Part shown: piece by piece, positions 50,603 to 62,411 of the stretch
Position numbering within the stretch: position 1 is the stretch's first letter
Layout: each line of letters begins with the position of its first letter
NCBI GenBank assembly: GCA_010909165.1
Contig: MU008199.1
Location: forward strand, 452,248-516,247
DNA: 64,000 nt
Source: Anthoceros angustus
Lineage: Eukaryota; Plantae; Anthocerotophyta
Direction: 5' to 3'
The notes under the pieces: model-generated
Told to the model about the DNA's origin: nothing
The model's input: only the letters and a program-made list of their open reading frames with translations
Databases searched by the model: none
Made by a program: the position numbers and the translations under genes

Positions 50603-53600
50603 TCACTTTGGAGAGCGAGGAGACTTGACAAGTGCTTTCTCCTCTGGAGGTGAGCTTGATTTGGGCGGCTTATAATCCCAGATGAGGATGGCCCCCTCTT
50701 CTCCAACTGAGACAACCCGCGTTTGATCGGGACTAATTCTGACCTGCAACCATACGACCACTGTTGTTTTCAACACAAATGAGCACAATGTTAGGGCCTC
50801 GAAGTTCAGCAATCTCGTTCGGAAGCGCGTCACCTTTGTTATTGGTGCACTATGACCGCGACCAATGTAGTAGCAGTGCCCTTCGTCATAGTTCCAAAGC
50901 TTCACCTCTTTGTCGACTCCTCCAGTCACAAAACCCTCCCCGTCGGGGCTGATGTTCAGATCGTTTACCTCTGAAGTCAGCGACCCATCTATCACTCGAA
51001 TGGCTTGACAGTCATAAGCATCCCAGTAAGTCACCTGCAAATGGAGCACACCATCATCAGGGCTTGCAGAAATTTTCTACTCAGCAGCAAAGGAAGGCTT
51101 GCCTTTCACCTTTCGATCAGTCCCTGTGCTTAGAAGTTGGCTTTCATCAGGATGGTAATAAATAGCTTTGAAAAATGTCGATGCGTATAAACTCTGATTC
51201 CTGGCATACCTCTGTCACCATGCATTTGACCACATCACACTACTGAGAAGGTAAGCTAGTAAGGCACCGCGAACACAACAAAGAAAATCCAGTTGAAAGT
51301 TCTTGATTGAAAGGTTGAGAGTGACCACCGTCATATCCCACACAATACAAGAACCATCGCTACTTGAGCTTACGCATTCACTATCATTTTTCCTCACCTA
51401 CGTTGTTTCCAGTTGTCAGTATCCTCAAAAAACTGCATAACATCAAGCTATACAGTACGTTAAGCAGCTTGAACTGCGTCTACCTGCACAGAGTTCACTT
51501 GGGCCCTGTGCTCCTTCATTGAGGCTATCATGCAATGACTATATGGTCCAATTTTCCAAACCCGAACCTAGGGGTGCGTCATACAATAAACCTCAGGTCA
51601 ACATATAAATCGCATGGCAAATTTGGTAATACGTAAGGTTCGAGGTTCTGTTAGTGCTAGACTGTACCGCGGGTGACAAATTGGATAGTGGACTACCTGA
51701 CCCTCAACACCTCCACTCACAATGCGTGCACTGTCAGAAGTCCCGCAAATAGCAGTTACCCCCTGCACAACATTGTCTCAAACTGTCAGGGTACGCAGAC
51801 CAGGGGCACTAATTAATCTCGGCAGCGAACCAAGCCAACCTCTGGATGTGCATCATGTATCATATAGAGCAGATTGCCTGACTGGGGGCCAAAAGCTCGG
51901 ATTTTTCCATCACTCCAACCACTAATAAGACTCTTCCCATCAGGCATAAATGCTAAACAGTAGCACTCCTCATTTAATGAACTTTTGTCCCGTGAGTCAA
52001 TATTTTCACACTGCATACAAGGATAGCAGAACATCAAGCACAGGTGAAACACACTTGAAGTTGGAAGTATGCGAAGCACCCTTCTACGCTAAGCCTGCTA
52101 CAAGTGACACCCTACTGGAATAATCAACAGGAAGCACAGACCTGAATTCGTAGGAGCAAGCGAAACTCATTTGAATGCCAGATCCGGATATCTGCTTGGG
52201 AGCAAGTAGCAAAAACCTCACTATAACCAGCTGGAAATGCAATGTCATTGATTTTTGCAAAATGGCAAGTTTGCAGCAGCTTTGAAATCATTGTTTTGGT
52301 CTTTCCATCATATCTGCCAGCATTGGGAGATTGCAAACAAAAATTGCTACACGGCATTGCACAATGCTTTCAACAAGGTGTAAGTCGTTCTAAGATGCAA
52401 CTGGTTGCACACCTTTCATACAGGCCCGTCTTTTGACAGGGTTCAGTGCAGGAAAGCAGAACACACCTGACAAGATAAATGTTACAGACAGTTGTTCCAG
52501 CAAAAACGTCGAAACAGTCTCCTGGACGAGCATTTGCAATTGCCACAGATGTTACACCCCCTTGCACTCTTGTGCTGCAAATACTCCTCATGTTTGACGT
52601 CCTTACAAGGGTAACAGTTCCATTCCCTCCACCCACTATCAGATCACCAGCTGGTGTCATTGCTGTGCAAAACACGCCTTGACCAATGACAATTTTGGGT
52701 CCATGATTTTTGAAGAGCTTGGGCCCCAAGCTGACCTGTCCACCAGACCGATGAAAAAAAATTGTCTTGAATTTGAGCTAGGCTTCTCAAGGCACTAGAG
52801 ATGATGATTGGCCGTGCAAGTACATCTTCAGACAAAGTATTGATTCTGAAAAGGAAAATTTGTGCAAACCTGCAGAATGTCTCCTGTTCGTGTACCAGCA
52901 TATACAAACTCATCATTCGCATCCACTTGCTGTTCAGGGAATCAGAAATCGCTAATTACTTACAGCTTCATGCTTCATCACGTTTAATAGCCTTGTGGTC
53001 CAGAAAACAGAAACATGACCATGCCATGCTGTTCACACTAACCAAAGTTTGAAAGATCCGCTTGAAGCTACCCAAGTGACATTCCACAGGCAGCACCTTT
53101 CTATTGGGACAGTCAAATCTCCAAACAAGAAGTTTAAAAGCTCCTGCTGTTATTAGTTGCGTACTTGAATTGGTGTACCAGGTAACAAATTGCGCATGAT
53201 CATAGGGCACAGGACTCCCACAAACAGCTTTTCCTGTTTTCACATGCCATACTACCAGCTTGAAGTCATCCTGGCCACCAGCAGACACCAAAAACTCTTC
53301 GTCTGGGGAAAAGCTGACCCCTTGCACCTTCACCTGTTCATTGGTACCATGGCACAAGGCAAGCACTGCAAATAAACAACGGGAAATTTCAAATGCCTAA
53401 TTCACAAAACTACAAATGACGAAAATATGTGATGCACGAGTCATGCTGCAAGTGCACTGGTTTCGCATTAGCCCTTACTTTGTGAAGAATTAACCTTTGG
53501 ATAAGCTTTCGAGCTTCAAAATCCCAGATAATAATGTCGGCGGCAAATCCCATATGGGCAATCTGTGATCCACCACGCACAATCAGTGCAAACTTGCAAG

Positions 53601-54035
53601 CCCAAGCTGGTGTTAAACAGAGGCCAGATCTTTGGGCTTTCGGTTCGATCACGACGACACCCAGGAGCGACAGGTGCATACAAACAAACCTGTCCACTCG
53701 CCACGTAACGCCCCGTCTTTGATGTAGCCACACAGGATACACGATTTGTGTGCCCCATCAGAAACTCCTGCGACTTCATATCGGCCTGCACCAATTACGA
53801 GAAGCTAACTTTTCCATCTAGGTTTGGACACCCTTTCTGCTCATACCCACGTCTCAGATACAATCTTGGAAAGAAGATGTTAGAACGTTACAATGTTGCG
53901 AAGAACAATGGTGGTTCCCAGAGGATAGAGCATCGTGGTTCCATTGGGATGCAGCATCAATCCGGAGTTCACTGCTCCTTCAAATCCTATGCAAGCATCA
54001 AGAGGAAGAGGCTTGACACCAGTATTGTATGCCAT
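50603..54035 (-). CDS. CFAP52: Cilia- and flagella-associated protein 52 (WDR16), multi-exon WD40 protein
   Basis: LPLDACIGFEGAV..LHP..LYPLGTTIV, FLMGHTNRVSCVA..YVASGQ, HMGFAADIIIWDF, GGQDD..LVVW..AVCGSP, SGWSDGKIRAFGPQSG, WDAYDCQAIR, KEVKLWNYDEG, RISPD..VSVGEEGAILIW. Confidence 0.93.
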
Positions 54036-54599
54036 CCTGCCCCGTCCGAAAACGCAAATGCTCTCCTCTTCTGCTTCTTCACGGCGGAGAGTGAAAAACT
54101 CGAGGGCATCAAATTTGCACGTCTTTCGCAACTCAACTCCCAGAATCGGTGAAGGAACGTTCTGCCCTTCCAAAGTTCTCTTGATATCGACCAGCTACTT
54201 CTCAATCTGTGTCCTTGTAGTCACAGATTGAGAAGACATCAGACGACATGGAGAACTGGGAAAACGTGAACAGCTTCTGTCACGCATCTTGATTTCCCTG
54301 CTCGAGACTAGTTCGCCAAATCCGGATTACGTTTGTGAAAGCGAAGGCAAATTCTGGGTTGCTACAAATCTCGTGATTCGAGGTTAGGTCACAACGAAAG
54401 CAACTAACCAACCAAGATTAGTTCCAGCCTTACATATAGGTAGTTGAAGCTTTGTACGAACGAGGGGTTTGTTTGGGAAGCCTATCGTGAATTTGAGCAA
54501 GCTGTCTTGCTGGCATTTGCCGACTTCGGTGCAGAGGCACGAATTAACAGATGGGTTGCGTCTTTCTGCCAACATCTCTGCACAACTGTGTTATCTTGG

Positions 54600-55190
54600 A
54601 TTCGTCTTCTTAACCCTCTGTGAGAGCGCCCTGGCAGTGTTTCCAGTGACTGCCGAAGTATGGACGAAATACACACAGTACTTCCAGACCAACCTGAAGG
54701 TACTGCTGGCTGTGGCTTTGGCTGAAAACAGGGAAGTGGCACTGTTTCATGCTATCGGCTTCATTGCAAACTGTTGGAGGACTTACAGAACAGCTGACTG
54801 TGTTCTATCTCATTTTTATCAGGTCGAAAGCTGTGTGAGCTGTCACTGTGCGTCATTAGCAGGCTCCTTCAATTATCATAGCTGTATATGTTAGGGTAGT
54901 GCGCAATTGTCCATGGTTGGGCACATAATGGAGCAAGTACCTCCTGCTCTGGAGTGTCACTCTTTTCCAGAGACTCAGATATCTTCAGTACGATTCCTGC
55001 TCGTCAGCACGAAGCATGTTCACGACGCTGGGTTTCGTGAACACAATTAGGCTTACATGTGACGGTTTTGTGTCAGTTCCTGTTGTGCAGATGCTTATGC
55101 CTTCCGTTTTGTGCAGGGTTTTGAACAGTGCGTGCAGATTGCATTGGAGTCACCATCAGTGGTACTACCTTTTAGATCTGCGTTGCAGGT
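54600..55190 (+). pseudogene. SART3/Prp24-like HAT-repeat gene fragment
   Basis: ESALAVFPVTAEVWTKYTQYFQTNLK|gt; RVVRNCPWLGT*WSKYLL (stop); FEQCVQ. No start or end of the gene is present. Confidence 0.55.
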
Positions 55191-55362
55191 AGGTGCGCTT
55201 TTGATGTTGGAGAGATGTTACCATCGGCTTGGTGAGTTAGAAGGGCCTCAAATCATTGCTGTTTTGTTTGCAGCATCTGGACTTCGAACGAGAGCGAGGG
55301 TTGCGGGAGGCAAGGGGCGGAGTGGCATGTTTGCAGGTTGCATCGGGTGCCAGGACGTGGGG

Positions 55363-56900
55363 ATGGTGTTGAGGTCGGGCGCGGTTTTGGAGAAGTCGTC
55401 GAGCATGGACGCGCAGATGCGGCTGTTGGCACCCAAGAAGGTGTCGGAGGATGACACGCTGGTGGAGTCGGAGGGGTTGTTGCTCGACCGCTTTCTGGAC
55501 GTGCTGCGGGAGTTGCACGGGGAGAAGGTGGAAGAGGTGGGGGTGCGGTGCTACGAGTTGGCGGGCCAGTACAATCAAAAGACCCACGTATGCTGCAGCA
55601 GCTCGAGGAGGTGCTGAGCGCGTTGGAACCGGGAGTGTCCATCGTGGTGGCCAGTTCCCTGTCCCACATGCTCAACCTGGGCAACCTTGCGGAGGATGTG
55701 CAGATTGCGTTCCGTCGCCGTGCGCTCAAGACCGGCTAAGGTGACATCTTGGACGAGGGCTCGGCGTTGACGGAGTCGGCCTTGGACGACACCTTTGCCA
55801 AGCTCCTCCGCCTGGGTCGGAGCCCGCGGGACATCTTCGAGGCGCTCAAGAACCAGACGGTGGACCTGGTACTCACGGCGCACCCCACGCAGTCTGTGCG
55901 CCGCTCCCGCCTCAGAAGCATGGCCGCATCCCTAGCTGCCTCTCCCAGGTCCACGGCCATAGCCTCCCCGCGCTGGCCGAGGAGCAGGCCGCGGACGGGG
56001 AGAAAGATGAGGACGAGCGGCAGGAGCGAGGAGCAGCGGCAGGAATGGCTGCTGGCGGAGCTGCGAGGGATCGGTCGTTGTTTGGCGCAGATCCTCCCAT
56101 GACGGAGGGCTGCAACGATAGTGCTGGGTGCCGAGTCCGCTGCGGGTGGTGCCGTTGTTTGAGAAGCTGGCGGACTTGGAGTCGGCGCCTGCGTCGCTGG
56201 AGCGGCTCTTCTCCATCGACTGGTACCTGGCGCGGATCGCCGGGCAGCAGGAGCTGATGATCGGGTACTCGGACTCCGGGAAGGACGCGGGAAGGCTGAC
56301 CGCTGGGCCATGTTCAAGGTTCAAGGCGCAGGAGAGCTTGGTGAATGTGGCGAAGCAGTACGGGGTGAGGCTCACCATCTTCTACGGCCGGGGCGGGACG
56401 GTGGGGCGAGGAGGCGGGCCGACGCATCTTGCTATCCTGTCGCAGCCCCCGGACACCATCAACGGGTCGCTGCAGAGAACCATCCAGGGGGAGGAGATCG
56501 AGCAGTCGTTCGGGGAGGAGCATCTGTGCTTATGGACTTTGCAGCGGATCACAGCCGCGACGCTGGAGCACGGGATGCGGCCCCCGGTGTCGCCGAGGCC
56601 GGAGTGGCGGGCGCTGATGGACACTATGGCGGTGGAGGCGATGGTGGAGTACCGGGCCCTGGTTTTCGGGGACGCCAGGTTCGTACAGTACTTTCGGGCG
56701 GCGACCCCGGAGCTGGAGTACGGCCGGATGTGCATCGGGAGCAGGCCATCCAAGCGGAGGCCCAGCGGAGGGATTGAAACGCTCCCGTGGATTTGCGCAT
56801 GGACGCAGACGCGGTTCCATTTGCCTGTGTGGCTGGGGCTCGAGGCGGCGTTGGGGACGGCGCTGCAGAAGAGCCCGCAGAATCTTGACACATTGCGCTC
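55363..56900 (+). pseudogene. PPC: Plant-type phosphoenolpyruvate carboxylase pseudogene, intronless and internally deleted
   Basis: [163 protein letters not shown]. Lesions: frameshifts, TAA at 55737 and large deletions. Confidence 0.93.
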
Positions 56901-57649
56901 GGAGGGTCGGGAACAGATGTCCAACCGCACCAGGAGGCAAGAGGGAGAACGCTGACGAGGTTGGCCAAGAGGAACGAAGTGGCCAGACCTCAAGGGCTCT
57001 TTGGAGGCCGGCCAAGAGAGGAAGTGCGCTCTGTGGGGAACGGTTGGCTACCTCTGCTGTTTGCGTAATCTGGTGCACAGGGCTGTGGCGAGACTGTTGC
57101 ATGGACTGCATGAACTCGCCAAGGAGTACCACCCGAGCCAGCCTCCCTTGCTTGAAGAACCTTTGGAGACAGCCGGCTTGGAAGCCGAGCTGCATCCCGA
57201 TGTGTGGGCAGCTAAACTCTGCCAGGACAGCATGCCTACCAGTTCATTGGTGGAGATTCCAAGATCTCTGCAGGCAAACAACGCCGTGTCTAGCAGCCTA
57301 CGTTCCACGTGTTCAGGAGTGATTGCCAGCTGAGGCTGCCCTAATGTGGAACGATGCACGGAACCCCTCCGGCGGGTATCCACCTCTTTGACTCCGGCAA
57401 AGGTTGTTGTTGTTCCGCCACGATCAACTCTCGATGCACCTACACAGCTGCCAAGGATGCTTCCGTTTCCAACTCCTGTCACTGATCAAGAGTTGTTGTC
57501 CCGCAGGCTGCCTTACTGTAAAGTTCATAATCATCACCGAACTTGTCAAAGATAGGCTGGATGATCTGAAAATGCAAAAATGGCTCCATCCCCAATGCAC
57601 CCAGCAATAATTGGCTACTGCCTCGTTGTCAGTGTTGCTTTTTGGTATC

Positions 57650-58663
57650 GTCCCGGAGCTGCTCTATCCTCCTATACATCATCTGCATGGTCTCCCTCTT
57701 TAGCCGCTCAAATTTGATTGGGGCTTTGATCTTGGTAATACTCTTGGCTGGGAATTTCTGCTCAAGAATAGCAAAATATGTCACTGCAGCAGGTGAAAGG
57801 GTAGTCGGTACTCCAGCTGTAGCTACAGGTTGCTCAACTATGGATAGCTAGATGTGGGTCCGTTCTCCCCCGCTGATGTGTGCAGCAAAGCTGCTGCCAA
57901 CGCAGTTGCCTGCGCATCGGCAATCGCCACAGCAAATGCTAAGTTCGGTGCTGACACGGTGGTCAGCAAGGCGGCAGAGTGGATCTTGTAAACATCTAAT
58001 GCCTCGTTTGCTAGCCACCTAGCTACTGCTCGAAGTGAAATTAGTCCCATGCGGTTAAACGAGTGCGGCTCGGCCCTGGATGACGCTGAGTACACCTTGC
58101 TCGCTCGTTGTTCCCATGGGATCGTATCGCCAGCCACCGCGATGTGATGTTTACCATAGCCGCCCGCAAAAGTAGCTACATGGCCTGCAGGGAGCGAGGT
58201 ACTTGCATTGTATATGTCGCTCAATCATGGCTTGGATAGAGCGAGGTAATATTCTTTGTACAAGTCCCTCCATCATGGCTTGGAGGGAGCGAGGTATTCG
58301 CTCAATCATGGCCTAGAGAGAGCGAGTATACTCTTTTGTACAAGTCGCTCAATCAGGGCTTGTCCACGGTAATAAGGTCTCGGTGGGCGACGTGGTAGTT
58401 ACTGATCGTGTTCACGACACCATCTCTGCTCAGGTCATCATTAACCATCCTGGTTGGGCTACCATCGGAGCTACAGCTCTCAATGTTAGAAAATACAACG
58501 GAATGCAAGTAGGCCACCTCTTTACTTCGCTCGCACTTGAGACGAATGAGGTAATGCCGAGGACTTGCATAAATTTCTCAAATCCTGTGCCAAATCTTAC
58601 TACGCCCGCAGGTATGGCATGGGGCTGTCCCTTTCCCATGGCATGGGGCTGATTCTTTCCCAT
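57650..58663 (-). mobile_element. Degenerate gag-like LTR-retrotransposon remnant
   Basis: Broken frames GFEKFMQVLG..WPTCIPLYF.TLR, WLANEALDVYKIHSAALL, YFAILEQKFP..KFERLKRETMQMMYRRIEQL, interrupted by a tandem array at about 58218-58365. Confidence 0.4.
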
Positions 58664-58836
58664 GGCGCAGAGCTGTTCGTTTCCGATTTCACAGCTTATT
58701 CAAACCGTGGGTCTCCGTTGCCCTTCAAAGGCCCTCGAGATTCTTCCTCTTCCTCCGTGGTTTGCAGGCCTATTGTTTTCCTGATATTTTCAAAGCAGTA
58801 GGTAGCTTTAGGTAGGGAGCTTAGTCGCTCCTTTTA

Positions 58837-59254
58837 TCTTGACCCTGGGTCCTCCTTGGTTCTTGGCCCTGGGTCCTCCTTGATTCTTGGCCCTGGGTCC
58901 TCCTTGCGATTCGTACCCTCATTTTTTATTCCCAAATTATTTAAAGATTAGGGCATATCAGACACCACTATTCCATAGTAAACCTTCAAGTCCCCTATTG
59001 CTAAGCCCATACACTTGAGCATAGGTATGTTCTCTTTGGTTTGTTTAGAAGCCTGAATGTCACATGAACCCCATTTTTCTTTGTCTAATCGAACTTCTCA
59101 ATGTGGGGATTGCATTTGGTCCAGGATCCGAGTTAAGAATCGCACGAACTAGATTTCTCAACGTGGTGATGCGTTTGCTCCAGGATCCGAGTTAAGAATA
59201 GCACGAGGATCCGAGTTAAGAATAGCACGAGGATCCGAGTTAAGAATAGCACGA
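58837..59254. repeat. Two 24-bp tandem arrays: (TCTTGG CCCTGGGTCCTCCTTG..)x3 at 58837-58906, and GGATCCGAGTTAAGAATAGCACGA x4 at 59124-59254
   Basis: Read directly. Copies of the second unit start at 59124, 59183, 59207 and 59231. Confidence 0.88.
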
Positions 59255-62200
59255 ACTAGACGTCGATGCTCGGCTCGAGGTGTTGGACATGCTTGCACTA
59301 ACAGCACTGCAAAATTTTGTGGATCTATTTGTTTATATTTTATTATCATCAAAAAATATAAAATAATTGAAAATAAAGGTAAACCTCCCTACTCCAATCC
59401 TCTGATTTCTAAAATTAAAAAAAAAGATAAATAAAAACTTTATTATAAAAAAGAGATGGAAAATCATCTACCCCACGAGAAGAGGAACAACCTTATGAGT
59501 CCTCTTCTCTTATGAGGGCACCAGTATGGCATACCAAAGAGGACAGAGGGGATGGGCCATTTTTTTTTTTCGCGAAACCCCTGCAAGGCGTAGGGATCTT
59601 GAGGAATATACCCTAGATTCCAAAGACGGATTCTTTTCACAGCATGGTCGGATGTCCGCTAAGCCCCTAACCAAGAGGCCAAGCACCAAAGGGGACACAC
59701 ACTCTGTCCTCGAAACGGGTGTCCTTGAAAAATTTTCAGTGCTTCCACCTTTGAAAACAAAGAGATGGGATACTATGTTTCCGGATGTTTGCGCCCTACC
59801 TTGTGCCATTAAGTTTTCTTGGATGGTATCCAATGGCCGCCAAACCCTAACTCGTCACCGCGCCGGCCTGCCCATCCGCTTGACAAACCTTATCACCACC
59901 GGCATGGCTTATGTAATGACGGCGTCACAAGACGCCATGGTTTGCGAACCATGCAAGCCACGGCCGTGTCCCGTCTTTCACTAGGGACTTTGGACTGTAT
60001 TTCTTAAGGAACGCGATGTCCGGAAGCGTTGAAAAGCGATCCTCTTCAAACAAGAAGAAGCACGATCCGCCGAAACAGGAAGAGGGATGGCCAAAGATGA
60101 AAGCCGCCTTCAACCTTCACAGGCAAGGCCTTCGGTGAAAAGCAAACCTCTCATTACAGCTTGGGTGCACTAAACATCGTGCATAGAAGCGAAAATCCCA
60201 CATCATGCCCAAGACCTTCAACAAAACATGATTGCAGCCCTTCCATACTACCAAGTCCGCTATACATGCACCTTTCAATTTCGCACCGGCCATCAAATCC
60301 CAAGCCGCATCCTTGTACCTAACTTGGCTTCCACCATCTCCACCAATGACGAAGCTCGTAAATGCTGTGATCAAGAGGAGAAGGGCCAAAAATGGTACCT
60401 CAAAGGATCACGCCAATCCGATGCATGAGAAAGGCTCGGCGAGTGGTGCACGCCCTTTCATAACACTGATGCGTGATTGGTCATTGCATGATTGGTGCAT
60501 GCCTTCATTTCTTATAAGAGTGGTGCATGGTCTTCATAAACTTTTGATCACGAGAATGCACAGAGTTGTTTTCGACAGTACCTTTTCCAGTTGTTTCCAC
60601 CTTCACAATAACATGTTGCCCTAAACCTCACTCTGTTCGATACATGTGAAAAGCAGCAGCCCCCTCTCCGAATTGATGACACTCCAGCATCCGCCTTCCA
60701 GGTGTAATTCAGTCCTTCAACCTCGCCACATCACGGCAAGTTGCACGGAACACCTTGTACCAGGTGTTTCTTGCATTACATGGAATGCTAACATGTAGGC
60801 TTAGCGTGGCACTCTGAAGTAGGAGCAACCTTAGCATAGTGAAATGATAGCTCACGAGCATAAAGCGAGCCGAAGAATACATGCCTCACAACCGATATTT
60901 AACATCAGGCGGGCCAAGTTTCTTGTGATGCAGGCTCCAAACACAAATCGATCTATTACCTTGCCCAGACTCGCAGGCTGCTGGTCATACCATGAAGGCC
61001 GACGTTTCCAAACAGCTGCACCACATATTGCAGCATCAGTAGCCATCAGGCACGGCAACCTGTCAACCATCCAGCAACTGCAGCAATTAGGCAGACCACC
61101 ACCACCACCGCCGTCTATCCAACAACCTCGCCAAGAATGTTTAGGCTCCGTGCAAAGAGCCGAAATTCACAGCGAAGGGGAGCTATTCCATTGATCAAAA
61201 AAGAATGTCCACTGCACACATCGCAAAATTGCACAGCTAGCATCAAACCCTATCTCCTACTGCGGCCTTCCTACGGTGCATGCTTCAGCCCCCTATGCAA
61301 AAACCAAAAACCGCTGCTGATGCAGCTCTAAGCACAAGGGATGACAACGCAGCCTAATTCTCCTCGTCGTCCATGCCCTTCATCATCTGCCAAAGAACCT
61401 TAATCGTACTCTCAATTGCCTCGTGGCTGCATTCCCGCCATTGCTCTCGTCTCCGCTTCGGCCGCCTCGCCTCCGGGCTCCCATTCGGTGTCGAGGCACC
61501 GCCTTTGGCCGTGGCCCACTTCGACACCGTGTCCGACTCCTCGTCGCGCCTCCCCTTGTGCTTGCCCTCCCGGAGTTAAGCTGCAAGACTCCGCCTCCTT
61601 CTTCTTCCGACATGAACAACATAATATTTGAAGCGGTGAATATACATGAAGTGGCGCGTAGGGGTCTATACGGATCCGGGTTTAAGATGGTTATCAAAGC
61701 GGCATGTTTGGGAGAAAACGACATAAAATAAGGGTGAACATCACGGTCAAACACGGTTGTGCCAACCACGCCTGGAAAACGGTGCTCTCTACGGCTTATC
61801 ATGTTCCGAAAAGTACCCATGTTCTCTCCCCTCATTGCGGGGAAAAAAAGTCGTTCGAGTTTCCGGTGGCTTGTGTTGCAATCATTGTGAACAGAAATCA
61901 TTGCATTTAAAATCACATGGAGACATATGGAGACAACTATGGTATGGGTTTTGTAGAGGTTGTCATCAAAAAATGTGCGGCGATTGTTGGGTGGGGCATG
62001 CGATGCCTTTTTTGCTGTGGCTCTACCACGTGATGAACGCGGATGTGTTTGTGTTATCGATGGCGGAAACGAACACGATGGGAGCATATGGCGTCTAGAG
62101 GGTGGAAAGTGGAGCACAAGCACCATGTCCGCCATCACCTACATCGCCTATAACGGCAAATGTTATGACTAGTGCAATTGTGTAATGAAGCAATGTATTG

Positions 62201-62411
62201 CGCGGTATTGCAAAGATGACCAAAACATGGTAGGCGCTACAAGGTGACATTTAAGATGTACTCATCGAGGCATGGTGGTCTGCATGTCTTAAAAACAATG
62301 TATGACAAGAACATGAAACTTATGCACGGTGTCCGAATTTCAAACCCTATGCCATGAAGAGAAATTAGGGATAAACATAAGGTTCCCTTGTTATTTGCTT
62401 AGCACATGTCA

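Noticed and set aside
58950-58975. Possible primer-binding site (TGGTGTCTGA on the minus strand) for the gag-like remnant
   Set aside because: Only a short tRNA-end-like match, and it is not preceded by a CA LTR terminus.
59124-59254. 24-bp repeat with one 35-nt gap, superficially CRISPR-like
   Set aside because: Three of the four copies are directly adjacent with no spacers, there are no cas genes, and the context is eukaryotic and TE-rich. It is a simple tandem duplication.
59500-62200. Several ORFs of 100-250 aa, including 61383-62138 and a GCVCVIDGG..GSIWRL stretch
   Set aside because: No consistent frame, splice structure or recognisable domain. Probably decayed TE or gene debris, left unassigned.
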